From positions 35,216,001 through 35,280,000 of the forward strand of contig NW_026262626.1 of NCBI RefSeq assembly GCF_021869535.1: a DNA stretch of 64,000 nucleotides, written 5' to 3'. Position numbers and translations under genes: made by a program. Each line of letters starts with the position of its first letter. Position 1 is the stretch's first letter. Positions 24,501 to 38,720 of this stretch are shown here, in pieces. Under the pieces are notes generated by a model that worked only from the letters and a program-made list of their open reading frames with translations, was not told the DNA's origin and searched no databases. The DNA is from Mytilus californianus. Taxonomy: Eukaryota.

Positions 24501-27500
24501 GCTTGCATATAATGTTATAAAGGGACATAACTCAAGAAGAGTAAAAGTGACACAACCAAATTTCAAACTTGATCTGTGTTTTGTGGTATTAAGCATTGTG
24601 TATAAGTTTCATAACATTTGGTTGAGGCGAACTAAAGTTAAAAACAGAAACTAATTTTTGGATGTACTGACAGGGGCTTAAAAAGTACAAAAAATAGAAA
24701 GACATCAAATGTTGCTATTTATTAAGTTTTCTGACAAAATATATTTTTAAAAAAAAATTTTGGTGACAAATCATCTTAAATATCATACTTTGAGATAACA
24801 TAATCAAAACTAATATGCTTTTTAAAATCTCCCTTGAAACTAATGAATCTGCCATAGAGTACTTTGGGATAACAGCAGAAACAAATATGCTTGTTATTAT
24901 CTCCCTTGAAACTAATGGATCTGCCATAGAGTCAAAGAACTCTAACAGGCAAGCTCATAAAATAATTATTTACCTGGAATCACAAAAGTGTCCTTGACTT
25001 TACAAAGACTTTCCAGAGGCAATTCAGCAGCACATAATACTATACTATCTGATAATGACACAATGGACGTCACACATCCATCTAAACTGAAAAGAAAGTA
25101 ATCCAAACACATGTAAATTAAATACAAACAATATAGATAGGCGGAGTTAAACCCTGTATACATTATATTTAAATTTGATTGGATGTTATCCTGGAGGTAA
25201 GGAACACCCAATTGTACATGTAAACATTATATAAACAAAGCAAAAGCAAACCAAAGTCTTACTCTACAAGCATTAGAAAATTAGCTCTAAACGAGTGAAA
25301 CTATTGTTAGCTATATGCAATAAAATTGAGAATGGAAATGGGGAATATGTCAAAGAGACAACAACCTGACCAAAGAGCAGACAACAGCCGAAGGCCACCA
25401 ATGGGTCTTCAATGCAGCGAGAAAATCCCGCACCCGGAGGTGGTCCTCAGCTGGCCCCTAAATAAAGTTATGTGCTAGTTCAGTGAAAATGGACGTCACA
25501 CTAAACTCCAAAACATATAAATGAACTAAAATTAAAAAACATACTAGACTAACAAAGGCCAGAGGCTCCTGACTTGGGACAGGCGCAAAAATGCAGCGGG
25601 GTTAAACATGTTTTGTGAGATCTCAACCCTCCCCCTATACCTCTAGCCAATGTAGAATAAAGAAACACATAGCAATACGCACAGTAAAACTCAGTTTAAA
25701 AGAAGTCTGAGTCCAATGTCAGAATAGGTAACAAAAGAAACTAAGCAAAATGACAATGATACATAAATGAACAAAGGACTACTAGCAGTTACTGACATGC
25801 CAGCTCCAGACCTCAATTAAACTGATTAAAAGATTATGTCTTCATCATATGAACACTTTAACAGGTAATAAAACTAAAAATACAATGATTCCTGTCATTA
25901 AATAAACAAGACGAATCCCGTAAATGAACCAGGAATCACTCGTAATTTAGTATTAACTTGAAACTTTTTTTTGTCTTCAAAATAGAAAGAAGCATTGGCA
26001 ATTCCTGAGAAAATTATCGTTTTGAGTCATTAAAATCATTTCAATTTTAACTGTTGCATTTCATAAATCGTTATTGAATGTTTGAAATTGGTAAGAAACT
26101 TCATGAAATAAATGTGATGAAACCAGTCAATACAAGTTCATTAATGTCATGAATCCAGAGTGAATAATTTTGACAGTTTGAAAATATCCGAACTTTCAAG
26201 TCTTCTCAAAATGATCGAAATTGTGTGGAAAAATTTCTGGATCCTTGATCATGAAAAAATATTACATTTACCTTCTTTCACTTGGATACTGACCTTCTCA
26301 ATATGGTGTACCAACATGCAAGTTCATGATTACATGATCATACTACATGTAGCACCAGATAAGAGAACTATTGTTAACAAAGATTTAGAACTTACTTAGG
26401 AATTCTCCATACTGCTGACTTATAATTACTAATAGTTTCATCTATATCTGGCCAGGAATACAACTGTAAAAGAAACACACATTTAATTTCAAAATCAAAC
26501 TTTTAAAACTTACTTTAAATACAACCATTCGCTTAAGTTTTAATCTACTTTTTTATACCAAGTATTAGGCAGATGAGAAAATAAACTGAAAGATTAAAAA
26601 AAATACAATGTACAAATAGTTCCTATCCATAGCTGTAACATTCAAAATACTGGTATGTAAAATATTTGGATACTTGTTGTATGAAATGAAAGCTTAAGGA
26701 CCTGAGATCACTGTTAAACCCTTGTTGGATGTATATTTTGAATGATAATACAACTGTTTGAAATTTAAATAGACGGGCATATTTTATATATTTATCTGGC
26801 CTTTGTATTTTACAAGTTATTAAAACACTATTCATAGTCTGGACTAGCTGACATTTCTAACATATTCTGAAATCAGACCTTACAAAATTTTAGGCATACT
26901 GTAAATTTAGAATTCAATTCTTGTTCAAAACAAAACAGAATGTGAGACTGACTCATATCATTTCCATGCCAATTATGTGTTTTAAAAATATTTGCAAGTT
27001 CTGTCATATTTATTCCATTAATCAAAACATGACACAAGTTTTTGAATTTACAGAATATGATATAGGTGAGTAAGGAGTCTGGTATCTTTAAAAAAAATGT
27101 GTACTAGCATATTATAAATGCACATATACCTCTGACATAAGTTTTCATGTTTGTTTTTTATCATTTTCATGAATAACTACGTTATATCATCCTGAATATC
27201 ATGTAATATTTGCCACTATATGTTACATCAACCTTTATTTACAGTCATCAATCAACCATCAACTTGACATTCCCAAAGAGTCCAAAAGAATGAGAATAAC
27301 TGATAATAAATTATTCATAATTCTATCACAGATTAATTAGTAAAATCTTACTAGTAAACAGGCACCAATACACAAAACCAATTTATTTCCATCTTCTGTC
27401 CAGGTACCACATCTTATCTTCTCACTGAAACAGTTAGGAAAAAATATATCATACACATCTGTAGTTTAATAAAAATCAATGGTTTATTAAGGAATTACAA

Positions 27501-30500
27501 TACTTTATTTGAAAAGTTACCATCATCAATTCATGATTGTAGATTTGACTGTTGTGAAGATATATATATATAGTACTGTATTCTAATACTTCCAATAAAA
27601 AGTGATGTTACTTGTCATATTTCATTATAAGAATGCTTTTTTGATAGAGATTTGACGTTTGCAAAAAACAAGAAAGTAAGAAAATATTTTCAAAATTGCT
27701 TTCAAATTTTATAATTATAAATAAGTATTAAATACAAAATTAAATAAAAATATTCAGTCATTTCTATTTCAAAATCTGGAAACATAAGACAGTATAGAAT
27801 AGATCAAAAGTTTTGCTACATGACAGTTATCATCAAATTCATATACATATCACTCAAAAAATTGGTTTCTAAAATGCAACCATTTTAAATAATGTCTTCA
27901 TTTAAAGTGTTGTAATGCACCTTTCAAACATTTACTATGATGCATGGCTCTTCACCTCTAGAAAAGACTTAAATTCCATAAAAATTTGTACATCGTTCCA
28001 CAGAATCCTGTGTCTTGCCTGCAATTGCTACTGTCAGTGAAAAAGTGTAAAGTTGACTACCAAAACTTAAGTCCAATTATTGTTGTCATTTGAAATACAT
28101 AAACACAATTTAAATATCAAATTTTTTCTTCAGATGTTATTTCTCGATCTTGAAGAAGCCATGAAGGATTAACAAAGTTGTTGATGTCTTAAATTTTTGA
28201 ACCCCAGACTGTATCTAAATGCTAACTGCAAAAAAATTTAGTCCATTTGTCAGTAAAAATACGGAAAAAGATTTACATATTTTCAAAATTTTGCTTCAGA
28301 CATTATCGCTTAATCATTGTCTATACACTTGTATGTGTTTTGTTGCTGTTTTTTCTCCAGGATTCCTCATGCATACATTTTTGATGGTCTGAGAATTTAA
28401 TATCAAGGTTAATCCATTTTGAACATAGCATATACCCACAGTGACTATGGTTGATTATGATACATAAATCTTACTCTTCTAGTGGAGAGAAGGCAAAACT
28501 TCCTTTATCTTCTGTATGATGAAAGAAAAAACTACATTGTTGTTTTGCTAAAACACATAAAATATCTCTATCTGGATTCCATAAACAACCTAAAAAATAA
28601 AATAAACTTTTTCTTTTTTTTTTTTACTTATAACTTAAAATTTTCTTTATTCATATTCCACCAAACAGATATCGACATTATTTCTAATTATTGAAGCGTT
28701 AAATCCTGACCTTTGCTCCCAAAAAAATATATTATGTGGGTTTGACTTCTAATTGTACAGTAAACTGTTTAGAAAAGTCAGTTAAGTATTGAATTTTATA
28801 TTGTGTTCCTTCCACTTAAAGTATTTGTATATCTCTAGCAAGATGTCTTCCATGGATACTTTTGTATAACATGTAAAAGTAAGAAAGAGTAAAAATTTGC
28901 ACTACCACTACCATTATCACACCTCAGGTAAATTAATGACTTTATGATTGGTTTAAAGCTGACACGTAGTGACCCTCCTATTGATCTGTATGGGGTCAGT
29001 AAATTTTATATGGGGCTCATGACGTCATCTTTTAATGTTATTGTATTTCATTGTTTATTTTTATACAAAACTTGGCAAGAAAAGTCCTGTATTCGATAAA
29101 TTCGTTATACAGTTCACTACCGACCCCCTTCAGATCAATAGAGGGTAACTAAAATGCATAGGGGATTTGGCATTTGGCCTCACCACCTATGAAATTTACT
29201 TACCCTCTATGGATCTGTAGGGGGACAGTTGCAAACCATATAACTGATAGTATGTATTTAAATGTTCCAACCTGCACACAATTTAACAATAAAATCATTA
29301 TATATTTTTTACCTATTTCTTTTGTTTAAAATTAAATAAAAAGATTTGGTATCCCTTAAATTGTCATTTTTCATATATCCTTCACTAACCTTGTGGAATA
29401 GGTTGTACATTGAGCTTTCTAACTTGTTTGAAGTTCAGTTTAGGTACTACTCCATCAACTTTCCATAACGATACATGCTGACTGTGAACTACAGATAAAT
29501 AGCAGGTAGTAGGTCCAATGTTACTGCTCCAGTGCACTGAATGTACATCATGTCTGTACAAAGAGAATAAAACCAGTATAACTGCTACCTAAATTTGGAT
29601 ATCTAAGTTGTGTTTATAGTTTGGTTTATTATGGTCATGTAACATATGTGAAGGCAGTACAAAAATAAAAATCGTAAGGGTTCCACAGAACCCAGTGTCT
29701 CGACTACTTTTGCTGTTAGTCGCAGGCTTAACAAAAATGGGGAAAAAATTATTAAAAATTTTCCTCTAGATACAATATTTTGATTGTAAGAAGCTTCTAT
29801 CCAAGTTTGGTAAAAATCCAGGATGGTTTATGAATCTAATAAATGTTTTAAAAACTTTAACGGCAGACTGTATGTAATGTTAACTGGAAGAAAAACTAAG
29901 TCTATTTGTAAGTAATATACAGAAAAACAGGAAATAATTTTTACAAAATTTCCTTCTAGATACTAGCTTTTGATCATAAACAAGCTTCTGTCCAAGTTTG
30001 GAACAAATCCAGGATAGTTTAAGAAAGTTATTAAAATCTTAAAAACTTTAACCACAGAGTGAATGTAATGTTAACTGGCAGAAAAACTAAGTCCATTTAT
30101 AAGTAAAATACGGATAAACAGGATTTTTCTTTTTTCAAAATTTACTTCTGGATAGTTTCTTATGATCATAAAAAAGCTTCTGTCCAAGTTTGGTAGAAAT
30201 CCAGGATAGTTTAAGAAAGTAATTAAAATTTCAAAAACTTTAACCACAGAGTGAATATTTGTGGACGCCGCCGCCGATACCGACGACGGAGTGTAGGATT
30301 GCTATCTCTCGCTTTTGCGACAAAAGTTGCAGGCTCGACAAAAACTGGTACAAAACATAGTTAAATTCAAAAAATTTTGTAATTAGGTTTTGAAACTCAT
30401 TCTACTGTATCTTAAATACAGTCTTTTATTCATACAATATCTTGATTTAACTGTTTATTGTAAAGAATGTTAGCTAATCTGCAATCAATTCCATCTTCAC

Positions 30501-33500
30501 GCCTAACATATCATGTACTGTGCTACAACTCTAGATTCTATTGATGAGGAAAGGTAACACTAGGCCACCGAAAGCTGAATTTTTAGTTCAGTCTAGGTGG
30601 CCGAACGGTCTAGAATGAACATAAATTTTGACACCACTGATGAAGCATGCCACCATGGACAACGCCACCACTGACAACGGAATGTAAGATCACTCAGTCT
30701 CGCTTCCATGACAGGCTTGACAAAAAAAAGTTTAAACGTTACTGAATAAATCAGTAAACATATGTACAGCAGTATGATTGACATCTAGCTAAAAATTGTT
30801 TTCAAACCAGTGCTAGTTTCTGTGAGTTGTAAGATTTTCTCTGTGTTGAAGACAATGATTTTGAGATGAAAAACAGCAAAAATAGCAGTTATTTTGATTT
30901 TGGTTTTTGGCAAGTGCACTTACGGATTTTGTCTGCTCAATTAATTAACATTGACATTAATATACATGTTCATTGATATACTTCTGATGATCACCTTTGC
31001 ATTCTATAATTCAAGCAGGTTAAGTTAAAATTAATCTAATAATTAATAAATTCAATATTTGCAACACTACCAGCTAAAAGTTTATTTAACTTGTGATGGA
31101 GTTTATGAGTTGACATGTGAAGAATGACCAAGTGAATCGTGCTATTTATCAGGATGTAACACTTTGTCAGATGATCAGGAAATAGTTTTATCTCCGAAAA
31201 CAATCTAAAAGTCCAATATGATTCAGTTATAAACTATTTACACATATGTTTTACTCCTTAATCATCGTTTTTAAAGTAATCTTTTTTTCTTTCTTTTTTG
31301 GTATAAATGCCTGATTTAAATATGATAAATAAGTAATTCATAGCCGATTAATTTTCTTAGCTAGATATTGCATGCTTTTACTTTTCATTAAATTGAATTT
31401 TATTGTAGACAATAGGTTAATGGAAATTGTTCCAAGATATACCTTAGCTAGATTTAAAAGACAATGAACTGAAAGTCTTCATTTAATTTTCACACTGATT
31501 AATGTAATATTCTTGTAATAAATAAAAAGTTGAATGAAAAACTAATTTTACTGTTCAATTTTAACTTCAATCAATTTAATTTAAAAATAGTTTTCTGTAG
31601 TATAAAAATGAGTGTTAAATTGTTTAAATCATCATTAATGACTAGAGAATTTTAAGCAGATTATTTGACATTCCTTGTATGTAAACTTACTGGAACTCTC
31701 CAAGCTTCAGTGGTGAGTTGTTTTCTACTTGACCATCAAGTAAACTGATGTTTTCCAGTTGAATCGTTTTCCCAATAGACCACACTAAACCATGCTGTCG
31801 ATGAATAGCTAAAAAGATGCAACAGATTAATGACAGATGTGAATAAAAAGAATTGAGAGATATATGTACTATGACTTAATTAAATGAATACAGGGTCTTC
31901 AATGACAATTAAAAAGTCTCCATACGTATGTCCAGATTTACATTTGTAAACTGTCAAAGTCTACACAACCCATGACTAATTTCTATGATTAAGTTATACA
32001 GATGAATTCTTTATAAATGGAAAAAATAATACATCGACTTTTTAGCATACTTCAAGTCCAGTAAAAAGTACTCACTCAAAATGAGAGTTAATTCAAAATT
32101 AAAAACAAGATTCCCAAAATCATAAACTTACCCCTCTAATTTTGATTTCAAATAAATGTAATGTTGGCACAAAAACTGGTATAAAAATAGACCATACTAA
32201 GGACAGATACAAAATAATATGTGTTAAGATCTAATAAGTTTTAACACTCGACCCATCCATCCACCCTATCCCTACAATCTAGTTTAGTAAAAAATCATTT
32301 CTTACAAAGGAACAAGAGTGCACACGCTGAAATGTCTCGCCTTCTTTACTAACCATTGATGTTATGTTGATAGTCCTAAATGAAAGCTTTACTACAACTA
32401 TTACATAAACTTAACATGATCCAAGAAAATGAAGTCAAGGTCATATAAACCAAACAAGAAATACATGTACACCTAACAATCATTCAATACACTAAATATA
32501 GTTGACCTATTGCTTATAGTTTCTAAGAAACAGACTTGACCAAGAAAACTAAACATTGACCAATGAATCGTGAAAATGAGGTCAAGGTCAGATGAACCAT
32601 GCCAGGCAGACATGAACAGCTTACAATCCTTCCATACAACAAATATAGCTGACCTATTGCATAAAGTATAAGAAAAACGGACCAAAACACAAAAACTAAA
32701 CTATAAACACTGAACCATGAAAATGAGGTCAAGGTCAGATGACACCTGCCAGCTAGACATGTACACCTTACAATCATTCCATACACCAAATATAGTAGAC
32801 CTATTGCATACAGTATAAGAAAAACAGACCAAAACACAAAAACTTAACTATAACCACTGAACCATGAAAATGAGGTCAAGGTCAGATGACACCTGCCAGT
32901 TAGACATGTACATCTTACAGTCCTTCCATACACCGAATATACTAGACCTATTGCTTATAGTATCTGAGATATGGACTTGACCACCAAAACTTAACCTTGT
33001 TCACTGATCCATGAAATGAGGTTGAGGTCAAGTGAAAACTGTCTGACAGACATGAAGACCTTGCAAGGTATGCACATACCAAATATAGTTATCCTATTAC
33101 TTATAATAAGAGAGAATTTAACATTACAAAAAATCTTAACTTTTTTTTCAAGTAGTCACTGAACCATGAAAATGAGGTCAAGGACATTGGACATGTGACT
33201 GACGGAAACTTCGTAACATGAGGCATCCATATACAAAGTATGAAGCATCCAGGTCTTCCACCTTCTAAAATATAAAGCTTTTAAGAAGTTAGCTAACGCC
33301 GCCGCCGCGGCCACTGTAGCCGCCGCCGGATCACTATCCCTATGTCGAGCTTTCTGCGACAAAAGTCGCAGGCTCGACAAAAACCACAATAACAATCAGT
33401 CAAGAAAAGGCTGTTTGGGTTTAGTTGGTTAGTACAATGTACTTTGCTTGTGAAAATAGAAAGACATGTGTATATTCAATCTCTGTTTACTATACTGACT

Positions 33501-36500
33501 AGAGAAGTTATGCATACAATAAGCGTAATAATGATATGACATTACAATACGTTACTAATACTTAAGTTATGTTACAGTCTTTGACGTTAACAGTAAGAGT
33601 TGCACTAGTTAGTGTCTCTGTATTGCGCCCAATTCGTAATCAAAGCATCAATTTATCTCATTTGTACTTATATAATGTTCTAAAAATAAATTTCTAAATT
33701 TTATAAAATCAATTGTGCCAAAAATTAAAAAAAACATTTGTGCTAATATACAATAATCATGATAATATATACTAGTTTAAATGAGAACCCATAGAAATCT
33801 AGATATATGTAATAATAAATGACTCCTCCTCTTTAATCTTGGCTTTGGACCAAGTCTTGCAGTCATAAAACTTTTGAGTACGATTAACAAACCCACCCCA
33901 GCTAAAAAATGGTCATCTTCAGTCAATTGTTTTTATTTTAATACGACCTTGAGAGGGGGACATTAACCAAATTGTGTTTCTTTGTCATTCAGTTATTACC
34001 TTGTAGTTACAGCAACACATCCATGCTGACTGGAAGTAAATGTGACTTGGTTGTCGTGCTGGGGAATGATTAATGGCAAGCCAGGTCTGCCAAAATATCC
34101 GTTTTTTACAGATTTCTGACAAAACAGTGACCTCCTTGTGTTCCTGAACTACCCATGCATGCATTTAGAATAACAGTTAATACCAATGACCAATACCATT
34201 AACATAGTGGGCATCCAATGACTCCCACCCCCACCTGATTTTGGCTACTTTTCACAGTTTTCCGATTGTTGATTCCAAGAAGGGCATTAATGTTGTCATA
34301 TTTTCAAAACAACACACCTGGAGAGTTTATGGACCATAAATTGCAAGACTGTATGAACTCCATGCTGTCAACACAATTCAGCTTGGACAGTTCTAAAAAA
34401 GTATGGAGGATCATATGGGCTATAAAAGAATGGCTGTTGCAATCACGACTGCAGCGGTATTGGGGGTGAAAGGGTTAAGTGGCCTCTTGTTTTACAGATA
34501 AACCAATTTCAACCCAGATCCTGAATTCTGTTCAATTAGATATCTGTTTTGTGTATTATCATGTTCTATGTTTATATTACTTACGAACTGTGTTTATCCC
34601 CATTTTATTGGCTAGTGTTCCTTTATATATATGCATGCATTTTTTGCAGGAACATAACAAAGAGTGGAAAGGTGCTCGTCATTTTAAGAGTAGTACAACA
34701 CGACTTACTTGGCCTTCCAGCATCAGCCATTTGTCTGATGATTGGTAACATACAAAAAGGTTGATGCCCCTAGAGGTATTTCCTCCAGTCTTTGATTGTT
34801 TATAGGCAGGCTTGGTTTGAAATCGCCATTAGAAATGGGTATTTTGTATGATTCAGAAAGAGAATATTACATAATGAGGCTTGTTTAGTCCTCGTTTTTG
34901 TCTCCAAAATTGATATTGACAGGCAAGGGGGCAGATTATAGAGTACTAAAAGCAAGAAATAAGAGATAAACTCGATTTCGTAAGATTTATTTACGTTCCG
35001 CCATGTATGTCTGTATGTATTTACCAAGATCCCTCCGTGAACAGATCACCCCTAGATTGCTGGGAGGGTATAGTTGAATCCATGTACACTCCTTATCAGG
35101 ATTAATGGAGATGTGTTATTGAAAATGTAGAGGGCACCCTTATAATTTTCAAAACTGATAACTTACCTAATCCATATTAATATACAATTTTGATTCAAAA
35201 TCCAAAATTAACTGATAATATCAAAATCAAATGCTGCATTACAAATTACTCATTTCTTTTCATAGCATTGCAAAACATAAACTGGAATTTGCTTATATTT
35301 ACCGGAATGAAAAAAGTATATGAATCAGCCGGGAACCAGCTTATGCAATACAATCTATAAAACGTAATCCGTTATTTGTTCTGTGTTGGTGTTTCATATT
35401 GAGAAATGCGTTTTGTTTTAGCTGATGATCATTCAAATATTAATGTTATGGATATATTTAAAAGTATTTAACTAAAGAACAGAACTGTTTTAGCTTCATA
35501 GTCGTATTCTAGTAGTAACTATGAAGTATGGATTTTCCGCACACTCTCACTGTAACTATTTTCTATTTACACATGCTATACAAACTTCAGGTAAATATGA
35601 AAAACAACTTTCCCAATTGTTAATTCGTGATTTTGTCTTATTATAACACTCCTGGAGTGTTCTAGAGACTAGAATCATTTACAAGTACTTTCAACTTCTA
35701 CTTTATGAGGCCAAAATAAATAGTGTGTTTCCTATTTCACCTCCAAAAAAATAGGTAGGGTAGGTAGGTCAAACATTTTATTTTATGAAACATTTTATTT
35801 TTTTCTATTGTTGACAGCAGAAAAAAAGGGTTCAAAATCAAATTGTTGATGTGCCAACCCTTTGTCTGATTCTTTAATATTTTGAATAATACTTAAAAAT
35901 CTACAGCATTTTTAATTTTCTGTTTTAGTTCTGTGTTATAAATATGAAAATAATCTTTAATGCAAATTTTATGCATTTCATTGGTCAAAATAGGGAATAT
36001 GTTCTTGTTGATGAATTATCTTAAACCAAAAATGGCAGTGAGAAAGCATGGTATGTTATAAATTAGGGCCTATTGAATCTAACAATGTAAATGACACACA
36101 ACGTATGTGGGGGAGCAGATTATTACCCCTTGTGAAGCGATGCTAAGCAAAGATTGATTATAATGTTTTGAGGTGTAATAATGTGCACTTGCACCCACTT
36201 TATTTAAAATATAAAGATGTGTTTTGATGTCAGACAGAATGTTATCTTGAAGAGTGGGTGGTTCTGACGATATTAAAATTTCAGGTTTTGAGATGAGAAT
36301 GTGAAACCTTTATCTTAATATACTGGTCAAATAAATATGACAGGATTTTTTTCTCCTTTTCTTATATTCATAGTGTTATGGGACCAGCCAGAGAGACATG
36401 GTGCCTTTACAGATTCATTTATAAATGAACATGAATCATACACTATGTCTGCCTACTAGAGAAAGCTTTATTTTTCTCTTTCTCGTTACACATTGACTGT

Positions 36501-38665
36501 CCCCTGCCATGATTAACTTAACTGCTCAAAGGCATTGACATCCGTTTATGTTGCATCCTGAGCACATTATTCGATACAACATTCGCGAGATAGCTGGATT
36601 GATTTTAGCAGTAAATTGAACACATTATGTTCTATAACTGTTAACCGACAGAAACCGTCTGTCCAACCTTGAACGATTCTGACTTTTGGTCCAAAGAAGT
36701 TGAGCAAAATACGTAAGCTTCATATTTTTTCGTATATAGGATCATCATGTTTTTCAAAAAGGTTCATCATATCGTAATTATATAATCGATGTCATATTTT
36801 TTGCATCCATGTGATCACATTACGCATATTGTTTGACAGCTAATACACGGCTCAATTGTCGACAAGCCTAGTTGCGGAACTGTAACTCTGATGGTCTTTA
36901 TTATGTTTTCCAATTTGTGTGGATAGTTCGCAAATTGTCAAAAATTGTCACTATTTATTTATTTTGGCCTGATGGAAACAGGTTTTCCATGAAAATACTG
37001 CAAACAATCATACACAATTTGAAATTACCAGAGTTTCATTAGGCGTTTTTAAGCAGTTACACAAAAAGCTTTTTTCCAGAATTCTCATGGCGAAAAGGGT
37101 GGTGTGAACAATTACCAGTGGGAATTTTTCAAGGCTCATTATCATAATCAATATATATCTCCAAACATCCAATTTTCTTCAGAGTAGATATGATAGTTAA
37201 AAAAAAACTGCACTAGTGACGACACAGCAGAGTATCTTCATCTGACAGGGATGCCTGATGGATTATAATAAAAACTACATGTACAATGTATATGGTATGA
37301 TCTGGATATGTTTTTATTTTTACCTTCTTTTTTAGCTAAACAATTTCCTTTGACATCCGATGTTTACATACTGTTGCATATGCGGACTTTTTATGAAATC
37401 TTAACCCCAATCATGCCAGTCAAACATATAATAATTATTAAGTGCAAAGAAAATAACAAATTTGTGATTTAAAACTATATACAATCATGGTTTATCTTAT
37501 TAAACAGTAGTACAACTGGAACAGCAGGAGTGAGTATAGGTTCCTGAAGCTATCAACTGATGGTGCCTATAAAACAAGTACTACAGGAAGCTGATTCCAC
37601 TGTGGTATTGTGTATGGGAAGTATGAGTGTATGTATGAGTCCTTAGATGTACATGTAAATATGTGCCTGTATGTGAGTGTATGAGTTTTCCTGGTTCTTG
37701 AGTCTGCTAGTATAAGTGTGTCAGATGGAACAGCAACAAGATGGTAAGAAATCTTGCACATCATTACCAATCTTGTGTGTAGCTTACGTTCTGCTAGTGA
37801 GGTATTTATAAGCATATTTTTGTAACACTACTATTTTTTTGGTATCTATTGCAGATATACAGAGCAGCTCATCATTGGACAACCTAAATGATTTTGGATA
37901 CTGATTCAGTTGTGTGAGGGTCCTAAACAGAACAAGAATGTTCAAGTTTTGGGTCCGACTGGTATGTCTTACTATGTAATGTGTGGTAGGGATGAGCCAC
38001 TGGAATAGGTAACTTTTTCCAGCTTCTTGATATGTGTAAAGGTCTTAAGAACGGTGGTCGGTAAAAGTGGTAACCCGAACCCGAACCCGAACCGGAATTT
38101 GCCGGAAATTTGCCGAACCGGAAATCTTTAAATATGATTTGTTATCATTCTTTAGAGATTTTTGTTACAAAAATTAATGGATATGGTGTAAAATATAAAG
38201 TTTTATGTTATGTATGAGTACGCTTTTGTTCTTAACTGGCAAAAGACTGAAAAAAAAGTTTTCTATGTTTCCGCCTTGGTAAAAGTGGTAACCCAAACTC
38301 GAGAACCTATTTTTCTTTATTTCTCTGTATTATCTGATTTCTTGAGTGAACACTCTGACTTCGTGTGATGAATATCATCTTTCATTTCATAAACACAAAG
38401 ATTTTTTTCAAACTGTATAAAACACAACCATTTATTTCATTTCTAAGTGAATAAGTAGGAAACCGAACCCGAAAGGGAGACAACTCGTTTTGAAATAGTT
38501 GCACAGGTAAATGAACGCAATAAAACCGTACCGGATTCCGAATGGACTTTGGTATGAACCCGGGCTCTGGAAAGATTTTAACCACGTCAATGCTTTTAAG
38601 ATTATTGTCAGGAAAAAACAGTAAAAATAACAAGAGGACAAATGAATAAAAAAATAATAAATGAA

Positions 38666-38720
<55 letters not shown>

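Noticed and set aside
24811-24932. ~72-bp two-copy duplication giving ORF 24715-24927 (MADPLVSREI..MADSLVSREI)
   Set aside because: Simple local intronic duplication with no splice or homology support for coding.
33900-37000. Higher-GC, CpG-containing stretch with protein-like fragments and an ATGGCGGAAC|GTAAAT motif near 34997 on the minus strand
   Set aside because: All frames are broken by stops, no recognisable domain, no TIR/TSD found; probably a decayed element but unassignable without a search.
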